Source: Patescibacteria group bacterium (GTDB lineage Bacteria > Patescibacteriota > Patescibacteriia > Patescibacteriales > UBA12465). Taken from it: DNA of 64,000 nt. Position numbers and translations under genes: made by a program. The notes under the pieces were generated by a model, which had not been told where the DNA came from, searched no databases, and was given only the letters and a program-made list of their open reading frames with translations. The DNA lies in assembly GCA_038323715.1 (NCBI GenBank), contig JBBQHF010000003.1, forward strand, positions 22,489 through 86,488, written 5' to 3'. Below, piece after piece: positions 56,220-64,000 of the stretch. The first letter of the stretch is position 1. Every line of letters starts with the position of its first letter.

Positions 56220-56783
56220 CTAGAATTTAACTTCTATATTTTTTCTTTCCGCCTCATCTTCAATTTCAAAAAACTTACGAGCAGAAAATTTTAACCACCC
56301 AGCAATCATATTATTCGGAAAGACCTGAATCTTAGTATTGAAGTCACGAACGTTAGTATTATAGAAACGACGTGAAGCTTGAATTTTATCCTCCGTATCC
56401 GTCAACTCTCTCTGTAATTCTAAAAAGTTTTGGTTAGCTTTTAAATCGGGATAGCTTTCAGCAAGGGCAAAGATAGTTTTTAGAGTTCCGGTTAGAGCGT
56501 TTTCCGCTTTTGCCTGTGTCTCCGCGTCACCACCTTGCTGTGCTGCCATAGCAGCGTTACGAGCAGCCACTACTTTTTCAAAAGTTCCCTGTTCGTGAGC
56601 GGCATAACCCTTAACGGTTTCAATTAAATTTGGAATTAAATCGTATCTTCTTTTAAGTTGAACATCGATATCGCTCCAAGCTTCATCAACTCGATTTTTT
56701 AGACGAATTAGGCCGTTATACATAGAAACTACCAAAAGGGCAATTACTACGATAACACCTAAAACTACATAAAGAGTAGTCAT
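56220..56783 (-). CDS. lemA: LemA family protein
   Basis: 187 aa; N-terminal TM, ...YNGLIRLKNRVDEAWSDIDVQLKRRYDLIPNL..., ...RRFYNTNVRDFN.... Confidence 0.9.
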   Translation of the reverse strand: MTTLYVVLGVIVVIALLVVSMYNGLIRLKNRVDEAWSDIDVQLKRRYDLIPNLIETVKGYAAHEQGTFEKVVAARNAAMAAQQGGDAETQAKAENALTGTLKTIFALAESYPDLKANQNFLELQRELTDTEDKIQASRRFYNTNVRDFNTKIQVFPNNMIAGWLKFSARKFFEIEDEAERKNIEVKF

Positions 56784-56834
56784 AGATTTTTAATTATTTG
56801 GTTAATTAATTTTTAATATTATACCAGAAAATGC

Positions 56835-57185
56835 TTATTTTTTCAAGCTGTTATCTTGTTCTTTGTATTTAAGACCACCAATATTAATAGTTTTATATTC
56901 GGCGGTGTCAAACCGAATATTTTGCATATTTAACTTCAAATCGTTCAATATTTTTTTGCGAAAATAGAAATTATATAAAACCAAGGCCGATAATATCAAT
57001 AAAAAAAATACCCAAGAATATATAGATACTGGTCCCGGAGCAAATAGAATATCCACTAGAATCATTAAAGATATTATTGATAACAACCAGGCGAATTTAT
57101 TAATCATAAAATTGACAATTCCCATAATTATCTTTTGTGCGATTGGCGGAATTGATTCTAATTTATCTTTGTCTGCCTGCTCCAT
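56835..57185 (-). CDS. Hypothetical small membrane protein (2-3 TM)
   Basis: 116 aa; its ATG lies 3 nt after the ileS stop; no family recognised. Confidence 0.5.
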   Translation of the reverse strand: MEQADKDKLESIPPIAQKIIMGIVNFMINKFAWLLSIISLMILVDILFAPGPVSIYSWVFFLLILSALVLYNFYFRKKILNDLKLNMQNIRFDTAEYKTINIGGLKYKEQDNSLKK

Positions 57186-57187
57186 AT

Positions 57188-60136
57188 TTATTTAATTACC
57201 TGTAAGCTAATTACTACTTTTTGACCGTCAATCTTGATTTCTTTCAAATATTCGGATTCTGGCAAAGTTTTAACTTCTATTAATGAGCTACTTAAAGTTT
57301 CTCGGGAAATTTCTGCACCCAAAGTAGAAATCGCTTCAGAAACATCTTGAGACTCAGAGAAAATTTGGACAGCCACTTTATCTCCCAAGCTGAGGCCAGC
57401 ATCTTTACGCAACATATTAATAAATCGAATCAGTTCACGCTTAATCCCTTCTTGTTTTAATTCTGGAGTAATTTCAGTATCCAATTCAACTTCCAAATTT
57501 TCAAAACCAGATGCCAAATCAAAACTTTGAACATTAAGTTCGTCCCTAACTAATAATTGATAGTCTTCTTCTAAATCAATACTACCTTTAACAATAACCT
57601 GGTTCAACATTTGTCTAATTTTGATTCCAGCAGCATCCCGCTTAGCAAGACCGATTTCGACAATTTTTCTAACTTGAGACATTTTTCCTATTGTTTCATC
57701 CTTATCAATTTCTAAAGTTGTGGGCCAAGTTTCTAAATGAACTGATTTTGTCTCATCTTTAAAATTATAAGCATTTAATTTCTGCCATAAATTTTCGGCC
57801 ATAAACGGCATAAACGGCGCCATCACTTTGGCGAGTTCTGACATAATCAACTTAGTGGTTAACAGGGCGCTAGTTTTATCCACTTCATCATCAGACTTAA
57901 AGCGGTCACGCGAGCGACGTAAATACCAAGTAGAAAATTCATCAATAAAGTCTGTGATTGGGCGAACTGCTTTCGGGAGATTATAAGCTTCCATCCCGGC
58001 GGAGACTTCAGACAGCAAGGCATTAAACTTTAAAATTAACCATTTATCTAAAACATTATTACTGGTAATAACTTTGGCTTTTAATTCGATGTCGGTTAAG
58101 CTAATAAAAATATTTTCGTTTTCCGCGGCATAAAGCTCAAAAAATTTGAAAACATTATTTAAAAGCATCACGTTTTTGCGCAAAGACTCTTCAGTCCCCT
58201 TTTCCGAAAAATTTAAATTTTCAGCGGCCATCACTGGTGAAGACAATAATTGGATACGTAAAGCATCAGCGCCATATTTTTCCATCACTAAATAAGGGTC
58301 CGGGTAATTTTGCAAACGCTTAGCCATCTTTTTTCCATCTTCGGCTAATACAATCCCATTGGCAATTACATTTTCAAAAGCATGACTATTTTTTACCCCA
58401 CCGGAAATGACATGAAGATAATAAAACCAAGCACGCGCCTGATCAACGCCTTCGGCAATAAACTTGGCGGGAAAATTCCGCTCTACCTTTTCTTTATTTT
58501 CAAAAGGATAATGATGTTGAGCATAAGGCATAGAGCCCGACTCAAACCAACAATCCAAAACGTCAGGCACACGTTTCATAACTTCACCACACTTCTCACA
58601 CGCAAAAGTAATTGAGTCAACTTTATCTTTATGAATATCAGTAATTTTTTTGGCACTTAATATTTCTAATTCCGCGACGCTACCAATCACTTTCCGCTCA
58701 CCACAAGCACATTCCCAAATTGGAATCGCGCTCGCCCAAAAACGTTGACGAGAAATAGACCAATCACGCGCCCCTTCAAGCCAATTACCAAAACGGCCCT
58801 CTTTCATGTGTTCCGGAAACCAATGAATATTTTTAGCATTCTCTAATAAACTATCTTTAATTTTTGTGACCCCAACAAACCAAGAAGAAGTCGCGTAATT
58901 AATAAGCGGGGTGTCGCAACGCCAACAATGAGGATAACTGTGCTCGTATTTTTCTTTATGAAAAAGTAATCCGTTCTTAGCTAAATATTTAATAATTTCA
59001 ATATCGGTGGCGGTGTGGTCACCAAGGGGCTTAACGTGAAGCCCAGGAAAATCAGTCACTTCTGGTTTAAAATGACCATCCATCCCGACATGTTGCACAA
59101 AAGGTAAATTATTTATCTTAGCTAAATTCATATCGTCTTCTCCAAAAGCAGGTGCAATATGAACAATGCCGACGCCATCTTCAGTAGTTACAAAATCACC
59201 AGCATAAATTTTCCAACCGTTTTCATGGTTTTCTATTTTAGAATCACTAGCATAATAATTAAATAGTGGCTTGTAGGCTTTACCGATTAAATCAGCGCCT
59301 TTAAATTCAGAAACTATTTTATATTCCTTATCTTTCATCGTGTCTGCAACCCGCTCTTTAGCTAGAATATATTGAACATCTTCAGAACTAATTTTTACAT
59401 AATCAATATCGCCGCCAACTGCTAGCGCCACATTACCAACCAAAGTCCAAGGAGTTGTCGTCCAGGCCAAAACATATGTTCCTGGCTCAGCAACTAATTC
59501 AAATTTGGCAACTACGCTCAAATCCTTAATATCGCGATAGCCTTCGGTAACTTCTGATTGCGATAAAGTTGTCTCGCAACGCGGACAAACATGCATGGAA
59601 CGATAATCTTTATAAATTAAACCCTTATCCCACAACTCTTTAAAGACCCACCAAACCGATTCCATAAAACTTAAATCCATAGTTCTATACGGATTTCTCA
59701 TATCAACCCAGCGACCTAGTCGGGTAATCACTTTCTCCCATTCACCAGCATAAGTCATCACCTTAGAGCGACACAGATCATTAAATTTTTCCACGCCCAT
59801 TTCTTCAATATCTTTTTTTTGTTTAGTGCCTAATTCTTTTTCAACAATATTCTCAATCGGAAGACCATGGCAATCCCAGCCCCATTTACGTTCTACCCGA
59901 TAACCATTCATCGTAAAATATCGAGGAACAACGTCCTTCATAATACTAGAAACTAAATGGCCGTAATGAGGAGTTCCGGTCGCAAATGGTGGCCCATCGT
60001 AAAAAACATAGTCACCTTGAGGGGCGGGCTTAGAAATAGATTTAGCAAAAATGTCCGCTTTATCCCAAAACGCCAAAACATCCTCTTCGGTTTGGATAAA
60101 CGGGCTTTTAGTATTTATTTTTTCAGTATTATTCAT
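57188..60136 (-). CDS. ileS: Isoleucyl-tRNA synthetase, type 2 (archaeal/eukaryote-like)
   Basis: 982 aa; FYDGPPFATGTPHYGH (HIGH), a CP1 editing region, KMAKR (KMSKS). Confidence 0.9.
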   Translation of the reverse strand: MNNTEKINTKSPFIQTEEDVLAFWDKADIFAKSISKPAPQGDYVFYDGPPFATGTPHYGHLVSSIMKDVVPRYFTMNGYRVERKWGWDCHGLPIENIVEKELGTKQKKDIEEMGVEKFNDLCRSKVMTYAGEWEKVITRLGRWVDMRNPYRTMDLSFMESVWWVFKELWDKGLIYKDYRSMHVCPRCETTLSQSEVTEGYRDIKDLSVVAKFELVAEPGTYVLAWTTTPWTLVGNVALAVGGDIDYVKISSEDVQYILAKERVADTMKDKEYKIVSEFKGADLIGKAYKPLFNYYASDSKIENHENGWKIYAGDFVTTEDGVGIVHIAPAFGEDDMNLAKINNLPFVQHVGMDGHFKPEVTDFPGLHVKPLGDHTATDIEIIKYLAKNGLLFHKEKYEHSYPHCWRCDTPLINYATSSWFVGVTKIKDSLLENAKNIHWFPEHMKEGRFGNWLEGARDWSISRQRFWASAIPIWECACGERKVIGSVAELEILSAKKITDIHKDKVDSITFACEKCGEVMKRVPDVLDCWFESGSMPYAQHHYPFENKEKVERNFPAKFIAEGVDQARAWFYYLHVISGGVKNSHAFENVIANGIVLAEDGKKMAKRLQNYPDPYLVMEKYGADALRIQLLSSPVMAAENLNFSEKGTEESLRKNVMLLNNVFKFFELYAAENENIFISLTDIELKAKVITSNNVLDKWLILKFNALLSEVSAGMEAYNLPKAVRPITDFIDEFSTWYLRRSRDRFKSDDEVDKTSALLTTKLIMSELAKVMAPFMPFMAENLWQKLNAYNFKDETKSVHLETWPTTLEIDKDETIGKMSQVRKIVEIGLAKRDAAGIKIRQMLNQVIVKGSIDLEEDYQLLVRDELNVQSFDLASGFENLEVELDTEITPELKQEGIKRELIRFINMLRKDAGLSLGDKVAVQIFSESQDVSEAISTLGAEISRETLSSSLIEVKTLPESEYLKEIKIDGQKVVISLQVIK

Positions 60137-60162
60137 ACTTTTTATGAGCTTATTATAGCCTA

Positions 60163-60190
60163 ATTATACCTTTATAACGAGTTTTGTCAA
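60163..60190 (-). promoter_or_regulatory. Consensus promoter TTGACA-N16-TATAAT for ileS
   Basis: Minus strand: TTGACA at 60190-60185 and TATAAT at 60168-60163. A second TATAAT sits at 60157-60152. The leader is short (at most ~20 nt) with no SD and no room for a T-box. Confidence 0.55.
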
Positions 60191-60328
60191 TTAAAAACGG
60201 TAATAACTATGGTACTTTTAGTGCTTTTTTTAGCTAAATATTGCCTTTTCTTATCTTTTATGATAAACATAGATGTTAATCTAAATTAACACTAGTTATT
60301 TAAAAATTGAATTATTAAACAATTAAAA

Positions 60329-60336
60329 TAAGGAGG
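60329..60336 (+). promoter_or_regulatory. Strong Shine-Dalgarno (TAAGGAGG) of the fusion gene
   Basis: taaggagg lies 8 nt upstream of the ATG at 60345. It is the best SD noticed in the window. Confidence 0.7.
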
Positions 60337-60344
60337 ATTATACC

Positions 60345-62348
60345 ATGAAAACAAAAACATCATTTCCCGTTGAAATTGTTTGTGCTTCATTAAATTTTCA
60401 CAAATTAGATACTGAAGCCTTATCAATGCTGAAAACTGCCAGTTTCTCTGACGCCGCCAACATTAAAGAAAAATTCAAGCGCAAACTTGGATTTAACGTT
60501 AAACAAATGGCTATCATCCAGAAATGTAATGCGGTGATGATTATTTTCACTCATACCGAAAACATTTCTGAAGATTATGCGCATCACTGTGTTCTAGACA
60601 CTTGGAGTAAGCTCTCTAATCATGGAATTGTGGAATTTATTAATAAAATCCAATTTTTCCATAATGAACTAGCGATTCGCTACATTGGCGAAACCGCTCT
60701 TGGTCTTCACAGCGTCACACTTGGCGACTCACAAGTATTTTCTCAAGTAAACGACGCTATTAAAATTGAAAGTCGCCAAACTAAGAACGAGCCAATTTTT
60801 ACCATCCTTTCCAACTGGCTTCAGGAATTAGCCGAAGAAGTTAAAGAGAAGACAATTTTGTTTTCTGGAAATATTTCAATTGAAAGGATTGCGGTTAATC
60901 AACTCGTTGGCCGAGTTAACCCGGGTGTAAATATTCTTGTTGTTGGTGCCGGACAATCAGGTTCCTTAATTACCAAAATTTTGGTTGAAGAATACAAATA
61001 CAAAGTTTGGATAACCAACCGAAATCAAGAAAAAATTGAGGAAATTACCAGCAAAAAACCCAAGGTTAATGCCATCAAAATTGATGACTGGGATTCTTTG
61101 AAAAATATCCAGGCCGTTTTTTGGGCATTAGAACACAACAAGGAAACCGTCGCCCTGTTTTCTGAACTAGAAACTAAATTTGGCGACAATGTTCCCTTCC
61201 TCTTTGATTTATCAACCCCGTCGATGGCAAAAAATGGAGATTGGACTATTCTTGATATTCAAGATTTTTCCAAAGAAGCCCATAAAACAAAAACGGAAAG
61301 AGCGAGCGCTGTCAATCAAACCCGTCAAATTTTAGATAAAAATATTATCTTTTTCTTGACGAAAATGAAAACAGCGATTGGTAAAATCAGCGTTGATAAT
61401 CAAAAAACTTGCGCCTTATCACGCCTGCCAGCAAGCATGTTGGATACTATCAAAATCAGGAGCGAAGCTTTCAACGCCGTAAGAGCCTACTTGTTAAACG
61501 ATGGGTTTGATGAAATTAACACCCCTTATATCGTTGGTGTTTCCACTGATCCACCAAAAGTAGATAAGGGCGGGGCGATTGAAGTTTTGTGGCCAGGAGG
61601 AGAAAGAGCCTTCTTACGTCAAAGCAACCAATTGTACAAACAAATGGTAATTGCTTCCGGGATGAAAAAAATCTTTGAGATTGGACCATTCTGGCGGGCG
61701 GAAACAGAAAATAGCTTCAGGCATCTGCAAGAAACAATCGGTCTTGATGTTGAGATTGCTAATCCTAAAAATCTCAATACCATCATCGATTTAGCCTACG
61801 CTGTCGTCTGTAACAGCTACCAAAAATTGAAAGACCTGTCCTTGCCAGTCGCTGAACTTAATTTGTCCGCAGATAATCCCATTATCATTTCCTACAAAGA
61901 AGCCGTTGAGATGTTAAACACCAACGGTTTTGCCCATCAATACGGGGTTGACTTGGGAGTTGTCGGTGAGGCAAAGCTCGGCGAAATTATTAAAAAGAAA
62001 AAAGGCAGCGATATCTTTGTCATTAACAACTATCCCACTAATATCAAAAAGTTTTATACTAAACAAAAAGGTTTGTATTTAACTGAAACTTTTGACATTA
62101 TTATGTGCGGCTGGGAATTGGTTAGCGGCGCTATCAGGGAAAACAGCCGAAAAAAAATTGAATATTCAATGAAGCTTTCCGGCATTAACCCCGCTGATTA
62201 CTCTTTCTATCTTTCTATTATTGATGATTCAGTAGAACACGGAGGCTTTGGCATGGGACTTGACCGTCTCATTGCTAAGTTCCTGGATATTGAAGTCATT
62301 GATAATTGTGTTCCGTTCCCAAGAACTTTTGAAAAATTAATTCCTTAA
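60345..62348 (+). CDS. Fusion protein: glutamyl-tRNA reductase (HemA)-like module (aa 1-~345) plus class IIb AspRS-like catalytic core without anticodon-binding domain (aa ~360-667)
   Basis: N-terminal part: IIQK-C-N-AVM (compare STCNRxE), GETALGLHSVTLGDSQVFSQV (compare ASGLDSLVLGEPQILGQV), ILVVGAGQSGSLITKIL...ITNRNQEK (compare LLVGAGETIEL...ANRTRERA), and FLFDLSTP (compare LLVDIAVPRD). C-terminal part: FLRQSNQLYKQ, motif 2 GPFWRAETENSFRHLQE, motif 3 EHGGFGMGLDRLIAKFL..VPFPR. This closely parallels archaeal AspRS (AYLAQSPQLYKQ, PIFRAEEHNTTRHLNE, PHGGFGLGAERLI..LFPR). Confidence 0.8.
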   Translation: MKTKTSFPVEIVCASLNFHKLDTEALSMLKTASFSDAANIKEKFKRKLGFNVKQMAIIQKCNAVMIIFTHTENISEDYAHHCVLDTWSKLSNHGIVEFINKIQFFHNELAIRYIGETALGLHSVTLGDSQVFSQVNDAIKIESRQTKNEPIFTILSNWLQELAEEVKEKTILFSGNISIERIAVNQLVGRVNPGVNILVVGAGQSGSLITKILVEEYKYKVWITNRNQEKIEEITSKKPKVNAIKIDDWDSLKNIQAVFWALEHNKETVALFSELETKFGDNVPFLFDLSTPSMAKNGDWTILDIQDFSKEAHKTKTERASAVNQTRQILDKNIIFFLTKMKTAIGKISVDNQKTCALSRLPASMLDTIKIRSEAFNAVRAYLLNDGFDEINTPYIVGVSTDPPKVDKGGAIEVLWPGGERAFLRQSNQLYKQMVIASGMKKIFEIGPFWRAETENSFRHLQETIGLDVEIANPKNLNTIIDLAYAVVCNSYQKLKDLSLPVAELNLSADNPIIISYKEAVEMLNTNGFAHQYGVDLGVVGEAKLGEIIKKKKGSDIFVINNYPTNIKKFYTKQKGLYLTETFDIIMCGWELVSGAIRENSRKKIEYSMKLSGINPADYSFYLSIIDDSVEHGGFGMGLDRLIAKFLDIEVIDNCVPFPRTFEKLIP

Positions 62349-62383
62349 AAATTCCTTACAAAAAGTTAAGGAAAAGTGAAACC

Positions 62384-62415
62384 AAAAAGGAGGCCAAACA
62401 TCAGCCTCCTTTTTT
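62384..62415. terminator. Bidirectional terminator after the fusion gene
   Basis: aaaaaggaggc/caaacatca/gcctccttttt followed by t; GC core 62389-62394/62404-62409. Confidence 0.8.
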
Positions 62416-62434
62416 CTATATCTAAATTTAAGTA

Positions 62435-63238
62435 CTAAACCTTTAATTCTAAACCATCAACCGCGAAATCAAAATTTAAATCGGGATAATCTTTTTTAGC
62501 AGTTTTAAAATTATTTCCAAACAACCTTAATTCAACTTCTTCCAAATGAGTAAAAATTATTTTTTTCGGAGTATTTGCTCTCAGCCTGTCAACCAAATCA
62601 ACAAATTTTATTTCAGTCTTATGATCAAAAAACATGCCGCATTCATGAATCAGTAAATCAAGATTTCTAACTTTAGCAAAAGAATTGAATTCTAAAGTAT
62701 CGCAAGGAGCATAAAGGACTCGTTTTTGTTTTTCCTGAATTAAATAGGCATAATGATCAGAATTTTTGCCATTATAACCGATGGCCTGAATAACGATATT
62801 CCCTAATTTAATATTATCCCCATCTTCTATTAAATGTAATTTAGCGGTCTTTTGAAAATTAATAAAATAATCAATCACCGGAAATTTAATTTTTAAATCG
62901 GCAAAAACTCTTTTGGGAATATAAAGATTAATCACTTTATCAGCTTTATTCGCTCTAAAATTATATCCAGACTCTAAGATTACTCGCAAACCAAAAGTGT
63001 GGTCAGGGTGCCAATGAGTTATAAAAAGATTATCAACCTGTTTTATTTTATGACGGTTCAAAGAGTCGGCAATATCTTCTCCACAATCAATTAAGGTGTG
63101 GTTGTCTTTAATAAAAAAGGAGGAATTATTTCTTTTAAATTCACCACCCTTAAGCCTTCCCTGTTTACAAACCGGGCAATCACAGAAAGGACGAGGAACA
63201 GTCATCGCGCCGCCAGAACCTAAAATTTTTAACTTCAT
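62435..63238 (-). CDS. MBL-fold metallo-hydrolase, PhnP/PqqB-like
   Basis: 267 aa; an N-terminal CDCPVC Zn motif and THWHPDH (HxHxDH). Confidence 0.8.
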   Translation of the reverse strand: MKLKILGSGGAMTVPRPFCDCPVCKQGRLKGGEFKRNNSSFFIKDNHTLIDCGEDIADSLNRHKIKQVDNLFITHWHPDHTFGLRVILESGYNFRANKADKVINLYIPKRVFADLKIKFPVIDYFINFQKTAKLHLIEDGDNIKLGNIVIQAIGYNGKNSDHYAYLIQEKQKRVLYAPCDTLEFNSFAKVRNLDLLIHECGMFFDHKTEIKFVDLVDRLRANTPKKIIFTHLEEVELRLFGNNFKTAKKDYPDLNFDFAVDGLELKV

Positions 63239-63250
63239 ACTAATATAAAA

Positions 63251-63574
63251 TTAAACGAGCTTAAAATTTATTATTTTTACACTTGTCTCCCAAGTTACCT
63301 TATCGCCATAAAAAGATTTATAACTTAGAAGCATCTCATCACGACTGGCAAATTTTTCATGTCCAACAAAATCTTCATCTTTTATATCGCCCAATTTTTT
63401 TTCTTGCACAAGAATTATCTCAGCATCAGCAAATTTTTCTTTAGTCTCCCAAATAAGAAGGTCTAATTTGTCCCCAACTTGTAAATCCTTATCATCAAAT
63501 AAACGCCAAGTTGCCGTTTTTCTTCCCGCTAGTATTTCATTAGCCAAATTTTCTCTAAACTTAAGGGTTTTCAT
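63251..63574 (-). CDS. ASCH domain protein
   Basis: MKTLKFRENLANEILAGRKTATWRLFDDKDLQVGD... from the ATG at 63574; ~107 aa. Confidence 0.7.
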   Translation of the reverse strand: MKTLKFRENLANEILAGRKTATWRLFDDKDLQVGDKLDLLIWETKEKFADAEIILVQEKKLGDIKDEDFVGHEKFASRDEMLLSYKSFYGDKVTWETSVKIINFKLV

Positions 63575-63601
63575 AAATAATTCTAGACAAACCACCGATT
63601 A

Positions 63602-64000
63602 TTATTTCCCATGACACTTCTTATATTTTTTACCACTACCACAAGGACATAAATCATTCCGTCCGACTTTTTCTCCACTATCATCCTTAGCTTTTTCGGT
63701 CACTAAATCAAGCGTGTTACGCTCTTCCGCTTGTTTGTGCATTACTTTTTGAGCACCAGTAAATTCAAGTTTTGGCTGTGGTTTATTGGCAAATAATTTT
63801 ATGGCTTCGCTTTCCATCGCCCTTTCCGCCGACATGACAAAAGCCTCGCCCGTCTTAAAGATGGAATAAGCCACGTTCTTATTAATAAGCCCCATTAAAT
63901 CTTGATACATTAGGTAGGCTTCCTTTTTATATTCAACCAACGGGTCGCGTTGGCCATAACCACGCAAACCAATGCCCCGTCTTAAGTAATCAATCGTTTC
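63602..64000 (-). CDS. secA: Preprotein translocase ATPase SecA (3' end; gene runs off right edge)
   Basis: ...GIGLRGYGQRDPLVEYKKEAY... and the C-terminal Zn motif CPCGSGKKYKKCHG. The reading frame is open to position 64000. Confidence 0.92.
   Translation of the reverse strand, partial: ETIDYLRRGIGLRGYGQRDPLVEYKKEAYLMYQDLMGLINKNVAYSIFKTGEAFVMSAERAMESEAIKLFANKPQPKLEFTGAQKVMHKQAEERNTLDLVTEKAKDDSGEKVGRNDLCPCGSGKKYKKCHGK

Noticed and set aside
60208-60288. A 26-codon hydrophobic ORF (MVLLVLFLAKYCLFLSFMINIDVNLN) upstream of the fusion gene.
   Set aside because: It has no SD and no recognisable promoter geometry, and its AT-rich sequence is expected to give such ORFs by chance. It is kept only as something to check with Ribo-seq.
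1-64000. Alternative genetic code (UGA = Gly or Trp), as used by some candidate phyla and by mollicutes.
   Set aside because: All conserved genes read through cleanly under code 11. RF2 is present and intact. UGA terminates mraY at the expected protein end.

Overview
This 64-kb window is low-GC (about 35-40% by eye), gene-dense, and coded almost entirely on the minus strand. It reads as a bacterial chromosome segment made up of housekeeping genes.

Layout, left to right:
- 1-10.8 kb: fused str/S10 ribosomal operon on the minus strand (rpsL-rpsG-fusA-small ORF-tuf-rpsJ-rplCDWB-rpsS-rplV-rpsC-rplP-rpmC-rpsQ-rplN, running off the left edge).
- 11.1-15.0 kb: a solitary large-type purL on the plus strand.
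- 15.1-16.1 kb: an orphan lipoprotein gene with its own promoter and terminators.
- 16.1-20 kb: M50 protease, rpmB, comEC, prfB.
- 19.7-24 kb: rplM-rpsI and the alpha operon (infA-rpmJ-rpsM-rpsK-rpsD-rpoA-rplQ).
- 24-34 kb: alaS and a partial dcw/mur cluster (mraY-ftsW-murG-murC-ABC exporter-murB).
- 34-43.3 kb: an envelope glycan and surface locus (degenerate PilB/GspE-like ATPase, GT2, three GT4, a UXS-like epimerase, and an S8 protease with FG-GAP repeats).
- 43.4-50.3 kb: two mreB paralogs, mreCD, a stand-alone REC protein, rfbB, an rfbC-like gene, a HIT protein and a PfkB kinase.
- 50.3-60.1 kb: proS, ruvA, U32, a NIF3-like gene, htpX, an SPFH protein, lemA and ileS.
- 62.4-64 kb: an MBL hydrolase, an ASCH protein and the secA 3' end.

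Standard code 11 applies: RF2 is present, UGA is used as a stop, and ORFs are long. Several traits suggest a reduced-genome bacterium, possibly Patescibacteria/CPR. These are trimmed aaRSs, an rpoA without alpha-CTD, low-complexity extensions on many ribosomal proteins, ComEC, and almost no biosynthesis genes. That placement is inference only. No rRNA, tRNA, CRISPR array or transposase was seen.

The stand-out feature is a monocistronic 667-aa ORF at 60345-62348. It fuses a glutamyl-tRNA reductase (HemA)-like module, with conserved catalytic Cys and NADPH Rossmann domain, to an archaeal-type AspRS catalytic core that lacks its anticodon-binding domain. I do not recognise this architecture from any characterised system.

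All homology calls are by-eye motif recognition; no database search was run.
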